NCBI GenBank assembly: GCA_016748015.1
Contig: JAAOMT010000790.1
Coordinates: 147,610 to 211,609 of the forward strand
From: Geosiphon pyriformis uo1
Lineage: Eukaryota; Fungi; Glomeromycota
Direction of reading: 5' to 3'
Length of the DNA stretch: 64,000 bases
Positions 25,701 through 37,159 of this stretch are shown piece after piece. Both the position numbers and the translations under genes were made by a program. Within the stretch, counting starts at the first letter, position 1, and each line of letters starts with the position of its first letter. The notes beneath the pieces are model-generated. The model did not search any database and was not told the DNA's origin. It worked only from the letters and a program-made list of their open reading frames with translations.

Positions 25701-27424
25701 AGTTCTGATCAATTTGTTGATTAATCCCACAAATTGTTTTTTGGCTGGTGCGACACGTGTTCTCAAGTTGTACAACCTCTTATTGGGTGGTAATCTGCCT
25801 GATGTTTTTCAGGCCAAGAATAGTATTGCAGTTTTAGACGTGCTTGGTTTGGAGTCTTATTTGTGTATGGCAAAATCTCTTAAGAGGTATGGCATAGTGT
25901 TCATTCATTAGCTTTTGGACTACCAAGGTGCTTGTTTTGAGTAGAACACTTTTTGCAAATGGAAGAAGCTGGACCTTAGAGGCCTGGTTCCTGTTTGGTT
26001 CGTCTTGTTGGTTGAATTTATTAAAGAAGGCAGTTTGTTGAATCGTGTGGTGTTGTCTCATTGTTCAGCTCTCGCTGACTCTCCTTATGACTTTGGTTAT
26101 GTTAATAAGCATCTGCTGAATTCTGATTTGGGTTCTATGACTGTCTATACAGATGGTTCCGTCAAAAGTTTGGGTTTGTTGGATGCTTGTGATGGTGCTG
26201 CCGCCTACTTTCTGGATGCTAACATTAGCATTGGGGTCAGGGTGGATGGGTTGTTATCCTCAACTTTGGTGGAGCTGCAAGCCATTGTACTAGCTTTAGA
26301 GTGTGTGCCCGCTTCTCGGTCTGTTGTTTTGTTTATTGACAGTCAGGCCTTACTGGACTTGTGCGAATCTGGCGGTGGTGTGTTTAGTTCTGATTTTCAT
26401 GACAAATGCTGGATTGAGAAAGAATATATTTGCTGTGTTATCTCTAGAAAAGACTTGTCGGTTATGTGGAACAAAGTCAAGGGTCATTCTGGTGTTGTTG
26501 GGAATGAACGTGCCAATTTCTATGCTGATACCACTGTTGCCTCTAGGTTTTTTCTGCCCCTTGTGGTTCTTTATCGCTTTCTAAGAGTTGAGGACAAGCC
26601 TGTCTCCAGAAATGCTTGTCATGTTGCCAAAAAATTGTTTAACACTATTCACTCTGTTGGTTGGGAGGCCAAATGTGTTGGTAGCTTTGTTAAAATGAGT
26701 CTCTGTGACCATTTTGATAAGGCCAATACCTTTTGTGTTTGGCATCCTGATAGCAAGATCAAATCTGGCTACACCAGTAGTGCATCAGCGACACTTCAGT
26801 CATATTTTATGAAAGCATTCCACTACTGCTTACCAGTGGCCAAAAGAAAAAAATTGTATGATCTGAAATATCCAATAATTGTATGCATTCGGTGTGGATT
26901 GGTGAAGGACTCCAATCACATGTTTTCCTGCACTCATAATGCCAATGTTCAGGAAACTTTGTTGTCAGACACTTCTATGGAGTGGAATGCAGTGTTAAGA
27001 ATTGCTGCCGATAGGAATGTGATTGCTAATTTGCTGCATGAGGCTGGGTCTTCCATCAACCTATTCACAGCACTGGCTAAAGGTTTTGTGTTGAAAGGCT
27101 GGGTGGCTGACACGGTAAGCCATTTGGGTACTGGTTTTGGTGAGAGTGCGTTGGTTGTCAATTTCGTTCGTTATTTTGCTAAGAGTCACAGATCAGCTAT
27201 TTGGATACCAACAGCTAAGTTGAGATCCTATTATGAAAAGCATAACCTTCTACCACGAGACAGCTCCTTTCTTTTGTCAGTGTCTGGTCTGTCTTCCTTG
27301 TGGTCTGCTGGGTCAATCTGAGATTTTGGTTTCAGGTTGGGTGTTCAGATTGCACCCGTGCCTTACAAAATCAGACTTTGGTTTCTTAAGTGGTTTTCCT
27401 GTAGTGGAAGTTCTGGATACATAG
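22746..27424 (+). pseudogene. LINE B ORF2 (APE-RT-RNase H-Zn finger), disabled
   Basis: Start codon mutated ATG>ATA (22746). In-frame stops at ~23994, ~24426 and 25909. Frameshift at ~25035. Confidence 0.88.
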
Positions 27425-28260
27425 CGCTGTCTTGGTTGGCCCAAGTGGCTAGTCACATGTAGAAAAAGCATGAGCCACGCTTAATTTAGATTCTGTNNNN
27501 NNNNNNNNNNNNNNNNGCAAGATCAAATCTGGCTACACCAGTAGTGCATCAGCGACACTTCAGTCATATTTTATGAAAGCATTCCACTACTGCTTACCAG
27601 TGGCCAAAAGAAAAAAATTGTATGATCTGAAATATCCAATAATTGTATGCATTCGGTGTGGATTGGTGAAGGACTCCAATCACATGTTTTCCTGCACTCA
27701 TAATGCCAATGTTCAGGAAACTTTGTTGTCAGACACTTCTATGGAGTGGAATGCAGTGTTAAGAATTGCTGCCGATAGGAATGTGATTGCTAATTTGCTG
27801 CATGAGGCTGGGTCTTCCATCAACCTATTCACAGCACTGGCTAAAGGTTTTGTGTTGAAAGGCTGGGTGGCTGACACGGTAAGCCATTTGGGTACTGGTT
27901 TTGGTGAGAGTGCGTTGGTTGTCAATTTCGTTCGTTATTTTGCTAAGAGTCACAGATCAGCTATTTGGATACCAACAGCTAAGTTGAGATCCTATTATGA
28001 AAAGCATAACCTTCTACCACGAGACAGCTCCTTTCTTTTGTCAGTGTCTGGTCTGTCTTCCTTGTGGTCTGCTGGGTCAATCTGAGATTTTGGTTTCAGG
28101 TTGGGTGTTCAGATTGCACCCGTGCCTTACAAAATCAGACTTTGGTTTCTTAAGTGGTTTTCCTGTAGTGGAAGTTCTGGATACATAGCGCTGTCTTGGT
28201 TGGCCCAAGTGGCTAGTCACATGTAGAAAAAGCATGAGCCACGCTTAATTTAGATTCTGT
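26753..28260. other. Assembly gap (20 N, 27497-27516) with an apparently identical 744-bp duplication (26753-27496 = 27517-28260)
   Basis: ORF translations are identical at a constant 764-bp offset, unlike all other, heavily mutated, repeat copies here. Confidence 0.85.
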
Positions 28261-29587
28261 GTATTCTATGTACTTAGGTAGTGGTTGGGCTGCACTTGTA
28301 AAATCTTTAATAAAAAAAAAAAATATTTATTTATTATAAATATATATTTGTATTTATTATTTTGTTTTTATATAATATTATAAATTTTTTATAATTTAAT
28401 ACAAAATTCATATTTATTAAAAAAATATGTTTTTTTTTATTTTTAAACTTAAAATTTTTAAGCAAATAAAAAATTAATTTAAATATATTTTTAATTTAAA
28501 AACCAATAAAACAAATTTTGGTTTCAAAATTTATAATAAAATTAAATTGAATTAACATAAAAAATACAATTAAGTTTATTAAAAAAGTAATAAATTCAAT
28601 CAAATTTAATAATTTTTAAAATTTAAACTTAAATAAATTAATTTTAATACTAAAATTAATATTATTAATAAAAATAACATAATTTAAAAAGACAATAATT
28701 TTAAAATAAGATATTAAATTAATAAATTAAACTACTAAACTTATAAATATAATAAAAAACTTAAAATTTTGGTTAAAAAAACAGCAAAATTAAATAATTT
28801 AAACTTAATATTTGTAATAAAAAAAGTTTTATAGTATTATTATCATTTATATTATTAATTAAAAATAAAATAATATTAGTTTTATTAGATTATATAAACA
28901 TATATAAATTTTTTATAAAGCTGTTTTATTTATAATTTTAATATTGTTTAATTTTTTCAAATTTATATAATAAGTTTTTTCTATTATTAAATTTTTAAAA
29001 TTGTTAATATTAAATATATTATTAATACTATTGGTTTTGCTGTTTATTTTATTGTTTTAAGATTTAAATATTTTAAAAACACCAAAATTCAAAATATTTA
29101 TATTTAAAAAACCAGTAAATAAATTAATTATACTAGTTTTAAAACCCAACTTTTTGTTTTTTTGTTAATGTATTTTTAATTATATTTTATGTAATTTACT
29201 TAAAAAAAAGTTAATATATTAAAATAATTAGTTTTTTTTAAAATATAAATAAAAATTTAAGTATATTAACAATATAAAAATCTGTTTAATATATAAATTA
29301 TAATAAAATAATATTTTTATATATATTTTATACAATAACTTTAGTATATAATCTTTAACAACTTATATTTTTAGCTCTTAAAATTAATATTTAATTATTT
29401 AATCTTGTTAATACAAAACTTAAAATATTTTGCTTTATAATATTTTTTTAATATTTTTTCGCAGCTATTTTAATTTTTTGTTGTACATTTAAAAAAAATT
29501 TTAATAATTACAAAGTTTTTAAATTATATTATAATATTTCTAAATCATAAGTACAGTATTTCTTAAATTTATTTTTAAATAAATAAA

Positions 29588-29856
29588 GAGAATTGCTAAA
29601 TCGACCCACCGCAACACGTGATATAATTTTACGTCATAGTTTCGTATTCAACTATATATAGGAACATATTAACGAATATTATGGTTGTTCACAACGAAGT
29701 GTTTTTTAATTATAAAACACTATAAATTACTTATGGCATAATAAAAAATTAAATATATAATCTATATTCAATTTTATATTAGAAAAAGTTATTTTTTATT
29801 AAAATTCTATATATATTAATATCACGTGTTGCGGGTGGGTCGATTTAGCAATTCCC
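29588..29856. mobile_element. MITE / non-autonomous DNA transposon (269 bp) with ~38-bp TIRs
   Basis: Left TIR GAGAATTGCTAAATCGACCCACC-GCAACACGTGATAT versus the reverse complement of the right TIR, GGGAATTGCTAAATCGACCCACCCGCAACACGTGATAT. Imperfect 8-bp TSD TAAATAAA/TAAATAAT. Superfamily uncertain (GG termini suggest MULE or Merlin). Confidence 0.8.
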
Positions 29857-29998
29857 TAAATAATATAAATTTATTTAAAAATAATATTTAATTATTGGCA
29901 TTTTTAATTTAGATATTACTGATCAGGGATAAATAAAAATAAAAATTTAGGTCACTGATCTAACTTTTTGGTTCTTACCTACTATTCTATTACAAACC

Positions 29999-32208
29999 AT
30001 GAGGTTTTATGTGGGAGACGAGAACGGGCTTATCAAAAGTAAAGACAATATAAAATACGATAATACATTTGTTTAAATCGAACTTTGTTTTCCATTATTA
30101 TAATTTAATCAAACGCTTGGTGTGAATTCATACTTTCAGCTGTTGTTATACCGAGTAACTCTATCACATTAAACCCTAAAGACCCACCTGCCCTGCAGAC
30201 AACTGTTAAACCATGGGGTTGTGTTGATCCGAGGCGTAACGTTAATTTAATGTGTAAACGTATAATCACTGGAAATAATTCTGATTTCTCACAGGTACTT
30301 CATTATCCTTTATCATCATTTATCATCCTCATTTATCCTTAATTAATTGAAACCCTTTTAGTTTGTAATAGCAAGACAAAATGGCCAAATTGAGATCGTC
30401 GATAAATCTTCTCCTGTTGAAATTAAGAGGGTCTACGAGTTCAAGGAGGAAACAATAATGTTACCTGATATGACTAAAAAAGAGAAAAATAAGATAAAAT
30501 CGCTCGATGAAGATAACAAGAACAAAATTAATATCAACAACCATGAAAAAAATTCAAAAGGATTTATTGGATTGTTTGCCAATGAGAGGTAGATTATTTT
30601 AATACTCATTGTCTTGAGAAATTCATCGTTATTTTTAAAATTGAAAATCTTGGTATAATTAGTACCCTAGTAACGTGTACAGGTGCAGGAACGCTGCGTT
30701 ATTGGACTATACCATCAGATCCGGTAGGCCCAACTAATTCACTCATGTAAAATAGGTGTTTGGGACCGGAAAACTTTTGAACATAGCTTTATTCAAATTT
30801 CCAAGTTGTTCTTTGAATTTAGATGATATGGTGCAGTATGAAAAAAGGAATTAGGTTCAAGTGTTCCTATCATCTAATCCTCTTTCTGAATCGTATTTTT
30901 CATACAGTTGGGTGCACCTTTAACAATAAAAGATACTTTAAATATCCAACTTCCATTAGACCTTTGCCGTTTACGCGTACTTCCTAAACAACCTAATTTA
31001 ATAGCATTCGGCGGGAAAGAACGTGACCTTAGTGTATGGGATGTCAACGGCTCACAAGTTAATAAACCTGAAGAAACTAAAAATTCACCAATCCGACCCA
31101 TAATTAAGCATAAACCTCTAAATAAATATCAAAAAGTGGAACAAAAGGAAAGTTGCAGACGGATATGGAACGCCAAGAATTTTCCCAATGATGCTCTCTC
31201 CCTTCGCCACCCTATCTGGATTACGGATCTACAGTTCATGAGCGAAGATGATCCTTCAAAGATTGTCGTAGGGACCAAATATAAACAGGTATTAGTAATA
31301 TATCTTTTGATAATTTATCTTGTTCAAAGCCGTATCAAACTTAATTTAATCTACAAAATTTTAAGATACGTTTGTATGATATTAGAACACAGAGAAGACC
31401 CGTATTAAATGTTATAATCGGTGAAAATCCCGTGGCATCTGTTAGCATGGGAAGAAATCCATAGTTAGTTTCATGAATTTCATTTTTAATTTTACAGATT
31501 TGGTGTTGTTTTAGGGTTCTAAGTTTATTGGATTTTCCCATAATCTCAACTAACTTAGTGAGATCGTGGCAGGGGATACAGCACTTTCTGTATTATCCAT
31601 GGACATAAGAACAGGTGAAAAGCCTAGTGATTTTATTTTTATTTTTTCTTGGATTAATACTTTTTTCTATATTTGAAACCTATATAAAACGTTGGTTGCA
31701 AATCTAAAAGGCCAGTGCTTAGGTCATTATAAAGGTAAAGTTATTGTGAAAGTTGATTCGAGTCATCATGATCGATATCAGTCTAGTCTCCTAAAAAGGC
31801 TTTGATTTAAATCTATAGGGTTCACCGGAGCTGTACGTGATTTAGCAATAGATCCGGCATCTTTGTCCTTGGTCTCTGTCTCATGTGATCGGTTTTTACG
31901 TGTGCATTCGACCAACGAAGGGCGCAAGTTGTTGAATAAAGTGTATTTGAAGCAGCGACTCACATGTCTTATTATTGATAAAGATAGCAAAGGTATTAAT
32001 TTATCCAATCCTCAAAATGATCGACTCAAGCAATTACCAAAATGCTAATATTTTCAATTCGGTGCTGATAGATTACAATAATGCAAATAAAAGAGCGCAG
32101 GAGGATGATCAAGAAGAAGAGATATGGCAACAAATGGAGTCGGTGGAACAAAATAAAATGAAAAAAAGGAAATTAGCCAAAAGTGACTCTAATGATGCAG
32201 ATCTTTGA
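29999..32208 (+). CDS. NSA1: Ribosome biogenesis WD40 protein Nsa1/WDR74 (multi-exon)
   Basis: N-terminus MRFYVGDENGLIK; AFGGKERDLSVWD; WNAKN.PND.L.LR.PIWITD; YKGFTGAVR; VSCDRFLRVH; KVYLKQRL; C-terminal EEIWQQME. Confidence 0.88.
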
Positions 32209-32515
32209 AGTGAGAAATATCAGAAATTCACATGATAAATGACCATCTTTCGATGATACAGAAACCTTAGTACGCGCAAAGATGTTAACTAAGTCAGACA
32301 AAGATGAAAATTAAGGCTGAGCCTTTTTAAACATTAAGTCTGAGATATAAGCATTTTTAGGTGATTCAATTGTCCTAAAATGACTTTGAGGATATCTACC
32401 CCCGACTATATAGATAGTAGAGGCTTTAGACCCTTTTTTTTTTTTTTTACCTTGCACCCAATTTAGTAGACAAATGTTACTAGTATTATACTTAGTTTAG
32501 CTAGCGAATTTGATT

Positions 32516-33678
32516 TCAAAATCCCTTTTTATGTAACCACAGTTTTATCTCCTGGTCAAAACGACCCTTGACTACAATCTGGCTACAATTCTGTTTGATG
32601 ATGATGGTATGTTTTTTCCTACCCTTATTTGGAAACAGTTCTTGCCTCAGGTCTTCTACCAGGGCCTTTAGGATTTATCGAAAAAAATGGTTAAAAATAA
32701 AACATGTTCTCAACAGAATTGCAACAGATTTTTTACCTTTATATCTCCCTGGATACGTCTCACCACGGTCAATAACTGAGTACGTCCATTTCTTATATCG
32801 AAATATACAGGCAGCTCTTGATTTTTTGATCTTTCCACAAAATAGGAATATGAAATATGTTGACGGTTATAGTTCTGTGGTTGAGTGGGGGGTACAAGGT
32901 GTTGATGTTTGATCTGTGTTCCTGGTGGGCCATGTAACGGTACTGGATTTAAATGGACCTTCAATGGTGGAACTTGAGGCTTGGAAGGATAAAAAGGTAT
33001 TGATAGGATTTCTTGCTTATCATTTAAGGAGACCTTAGTTCTCTTGGCCACTTCGAATAGATTTTTGATTCTTTCTAATTTAACCTGATAATAATTTTTG
33101 CATCTTTCCGGGACAATGTCTTTTGGATTGTAATTCCTTCGTGGAGGACGCGCGATCGCAGAATGCGGTATTCCTAATGCTGAGTTTATACGTGGATTTA
33201 TTGGTATTTTTTTTTTGGGATAACGGGGGCCTAAGCGTGGTAACGGTGGGGGTGGGTTTTCAACTCTGCCATAGAGTCTATATAAATTTTCTCGATATCG
33301 TCGCAGCGGTTTTTTAACAATACGGTTAGTTTTCCATGGGAACCCTTTGAACTTTGGAGGGGGGATTGCCGGGTGGGTCATTAAAGCTTTTGTGAATTTG
33401 TGGAATTAGAATTTCGAGGCCAAAGAAATATGGCCCCGAGAAAATATTCAAAGACATTGATAAGTGATTCGGAAATAGCCAACTAACGCGATGGATTTGA
33501 ACAAGAAACCCTTACAGGGTTTTGGTAGTGCAAATGTAGGCTTGGGTTCGGGACGCGTAGAATGTTTTGAGCGAGAAATTTGTCGCGGGACAAAATTGAG
33601 TTTAATCATCTCGCTGCACAGTTGACTTCTAGCGAAACCGAAGGGTCTTGAATTAAATCCCATAGAACGAATAAACAT
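32516..33678 (-). CDS. IMG2: Mitochondrial ribosomal protein mL49 (Img2) with a long N-terminal extension
   Basis: YFVERSKNQELPVYFDIRNGRTQLLTVVRRIQGDIK|ALVEDL...IVVKGRFDQEIKLWLHKKGF*. N-terminus resembles a presequence. Three exons inferred. Confidence 0.8.
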
Positions 33679-34177
33679 TTTTTGACAAAGTTGAAAACCG
33701 TAAAGAATTTGAGAAGTGCGGAACTTTGACTCTTTAATAAACCCTTTGATGTTTTCAGGTCTTGGCTAAAAATTCAGAATCAAATTAGTAAATTTTACGA
33801 GCTGTGGAAAAAGTTTTTGCAATGAGAAATTTTAGCTGATGAATCCATCTGGATTGTTAATTTTAAACATTTAAATTATTTACTTTTTTAAATTTATTAA
33901 ATAATAACAAAAATAATATTAAATCAAAAAGTTATTTATTTTAAATGTAAATTTTTATAAATTTTTATAAATTGATTATGCTTAAAACAAATAAATTTAT
34001 TAAAGGTAAAATTTTTGCGAAAAAAATTACCTCATAATTTTTTTCCCGCCACAATCTAACTAATTATAACCAGTTTTGTGATATGCATATATATTTTTTT
34101 TCGAACTACGTTGTATGCTTATTTAAGAAAACAGTTTTCTGTTAAATGAATAAATTAGGTGTTTTTAGCTAAAAATC

Positions 34178-35761
34178 ATGTCTGAATCAAAAATCAGGGT
34201 TGCTGTAATCACTGGAGCTAACAGGTATTTTCTTTTTTTCAATAAAAATTCATTGATACTTGAATATGGTATTGCTTTAATCTTTAATTGGAAATTATTG
34301 ACCATCTTCCCAATTCAAATTGTCATCAAAAAAGTGGGATTGGTTTTGCAACCGCTCAGAGACTTTTAAAAGATTCATCAAGTAATTCTTCCGAATCTGT
34401 TAAAATAATCCTAGCATGTCGTAACCTTATAAGGGCTGATAAAGCACGTAATGAATTGTTAAAGGAATTTCCTGATGGTGATGTGGAAATTATTATTGTT
34501 GATGTTAGCTCAGTAAAATCAGTGTTCGTTTTTTGTAAAACATTAAAAGAAAGGTAGGCGTTTCTGGATTTTTTGAATTATAATTTACAATATTAATTGA
34601 TTGGAGAACTTCTCAGAACCTCAATTCATTTTAGATTAATACACAAGTAAATCAAAATTCAGCATTAAATAACCGAATAAATCAATTATACGTATTTTTC
34701 TCATAAATATATCTTAGGTACCAAAAAATTGACTGGCTTTTTTGTAATGCTGGTATATTGGCCTGCGATCATATAAATTGGTGGCTTGTATGTCGAGAAA
34801 TCGTCACGCATCCTGTTAGACTTTTGACCGAGTCTCGCTGTTTGGTACAACCATTGCGTATTACCGATGAAGGTCTTGGTGAAACGTTTGCTTGCAACTT
34901 TTTCGGTCATTTTGTTATGGTAGGTAAAAGTTTAATGATTATTTACAATGTAGACACGTTCATGATCGATACAAAATGATTTCTAACTTTTTTGTTTTCT
35001 TATAATAGGTTAATGAACTTGAAGATTTGCTCGCCGCTTCACATGATCCCAGAGTTGTATGGGTTAGTTCTTGCTCTGCTAGCCGAAAGGATTATGATAA
35101 AGATGATTTCCAATGTTTAAAAGGGTTGGTGTAAATATTTTCTAGTTTTTTTTTTTTTTTGATTATTAATCTGCACATAAATGAACTTTAATATTGGTAA
35201 ACTTGAAAATTTTCATAATCAGAAAATATCCTTATGAATCTTCCAAGTATTTGATCGACATTGTTGGGGTAGCTCTCAATGGCAGATTTAGAAATCGTAA
35301 TATACACAGTTTCGTCACACATCCAGGCGTTGTTGCCACTAACATTATAAGGGATAATTTGGGTTGGGTGATGGCAAATGTCATGTCGACATGCTTTTAT
35401 CTGGTAAACATAAACTTTTTAAATTTTGATCACCTCGAGCGGTGAAGGAATGGTTTTTTGAATGTATATATTTTTCTATTATTAAAATGCCCAAGAAACA
35501 TTCATTCCCAATTTACAGGCTCGATTTTGTGGAGTCAATGAAGAAACGGTAACTAGTTGGAATGGTTCTTTCTCCAATTATTATGTGGTGACCAAGAATC
35601 CAATTGAATCACTAAAAACTAATGTCAAATATGGAACATATATCAAGCCATGGGGTTCGGTCTACATCCGAGAAGGCTCGATTGATCAATATGATGAAAA
35701 AGAGGCCACCGAGTTGTTGAAAAAATTATATGAAATTCTGAAAAATTTCAAAAACGAATAG
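34178..35761 (+). CDS. ERG27: 3-keto-sterol reductase (SDR; Erg27/HSD17B7)
   Basis: VAVITGAN|SGIGF; IILACRN; LDWLFCNAG; LGETFACNFFGHF; VVWVSS; YESSK; THPGVVATNI. Confidence 0.88.
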
Positions 35762-36019
35762 CTTAATAATAGTACAAATTATCGTCTATTGTTTCAACGA
35801 TATTTATTTTCTAGCGAATATCACCATTTAAAATAATTTACAATAATAATAATAATAATAATTTAAATCTTATACTTCTTATTCTAAACTAAAAGATAGC
35901 AACAATGGGAATTTATATGATTTTCTGGATCGGCGATTCACCTGGAAGATTTTTCACAAATCACAATTTCGAATGTTAAGTCTTTGTTACTCCAGTCTTT
36001 TTTCCTTTTCTTCACAGCA

Positions 36020-36367
36020 ATGCTTAAACACATACCGAAGTATTGGCAACGAAAATTTAATATAATACACACTTCTTATTCTCCTTTCTGGTTATCAAAT
36101 AGTATTTATGCGAAAGAGGCAAAACACTATGGCATATCAAGTTCTGGAGCTCATTATAATTTATCTGTTCACCTTTCCACTAAGTTAAACCTGTCACACT
36201 CACCACATTTGTTGTTGGCTACAGGTCCAATTTTAAGTTTTCATTATTACAAAATTAATCAAGAATTTACAAAATCAAAAATGGATATTTTTCGTGGATA
36301 CATAACAGCTACCGAAAAGCTTGAGGATAAAAGTTGTAATAATAATAATTATAATAATTATAATAAT

Positions 36368-36413
<46 letters not shown>

Positions 36414-37126
36414 GCAAAAATTGGCCGAAACAACAAAATCCAACACCATTTGAGATTTTTAATTTGCGCCCAACTGCCTCCAATGCAGATGTCAAAAATC
36501 GTTATTATGAACTTGTTAAACAATATCATCCGGATCTGAGTGGTGATAAATCAAAAATTTGCCTAGATCGATTTCGTAAAATCGTGGCAGCATATGAGAT
36601 TCTCGGCAATAATAAGAAGAAAGAACTTTATATCCGTCATGGATTCGGTTGGGAGAAATCTGGGGGCCTGTGGGATACTCACAATAATAATAATAATAAT
36701 AATAGTAATAGTAATAGTAATAGTAATACCACAGGACCATCTCACCCTACTCATCATGACAGTAATAAATATAATCCACAGAACGATTGGTGGGTTGAAG
36801 AGAGGTATAAAGGTGGATACAATTCTGGCCCATTATATATGGAGAATTCCTATATGGCTGCTCTTGTAATTTTCTTGGGAATTTTTGGTAGCGTTGTAAT
36901 ATACATGCATATATTGACTCAATCAACTATGCTGAAAGCTTCAGCTGATCGGCGTCACTTGCAGACAAGCAAGGATCTCGCAAAGGTTAGACGTGATAGT
37001 CACTTATATGCTGAAAAGCGACGAGGAGAGTTGAGATTGATGGCGCATCAATATGGTGGCTGGGAATCTGATGGAAATGTATGCAATAGTGGTGACATCT
37101 TAAAGTCTTCAAGATTAGTTAAATGA
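36020..37126 (+). CDS. J-domain protein, Jid1-like (probably mitochondrial), intronless, with poly-Asn tracts
   Basis: WPKQQNPTPFEIF...YYELVKQYHPD...RFRKIVAAYEILG. C-terminal TM segment YMAALVIFLGIFGSVVIY. Confidence 0.8.
36338..36728 (+). repeat. (AAT)n and (AATAGT)n microsatellites inside the CDS (~36338-36410, ~36683-36728)
   Basis: Direct reading. They encode N-rich and NS-rich runs flanking the J domain. Confidence 0.9.
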
Positions 37127-37159
37127 ACCATGGAGTATAGGAAGGAGACTAATCAAGGT

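Larger units (their letters stand above)
21574..28320 (+). mobile_element. LINE B, 3' part (ORF1 C-half, ORF2, 3'UTR, poly(A))
   Basis: RRM-like AVVVKEIP...QKAVVEF; knuckle CAKYGNLGHISLGC; APE (SGDFN, IDYI); RT (QDMQKAYD, GLDQG, FVDD at 25051-25062); RNase H (VYTDGS, ELQAI, IDSQA, VKGHSG.GNERAN); CIRC...HMFSC; A-tail at 28312-28323. Confidence 0.92.

Noticed and set aside
26753-28260. Tandem duplication of the LINE B 3' end
   Set aside because: The copies appear identical and abut a 20-N gap, while every real repeat here is heavily mutated. Most likely unmerged contig overlap.
28800-29580. Eroded protein-coding ghost (possible kinase DFG-like remnant on the minus strand)
   Set aside because: Too degenerate to assign by eye; needs RY-space alignment.
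36275-36869. Poly-Ile and poly-Tyr ORFs
   Set aside because: Alternative frames or strands of the (AAT)n microsatellites in the J-protein gene.
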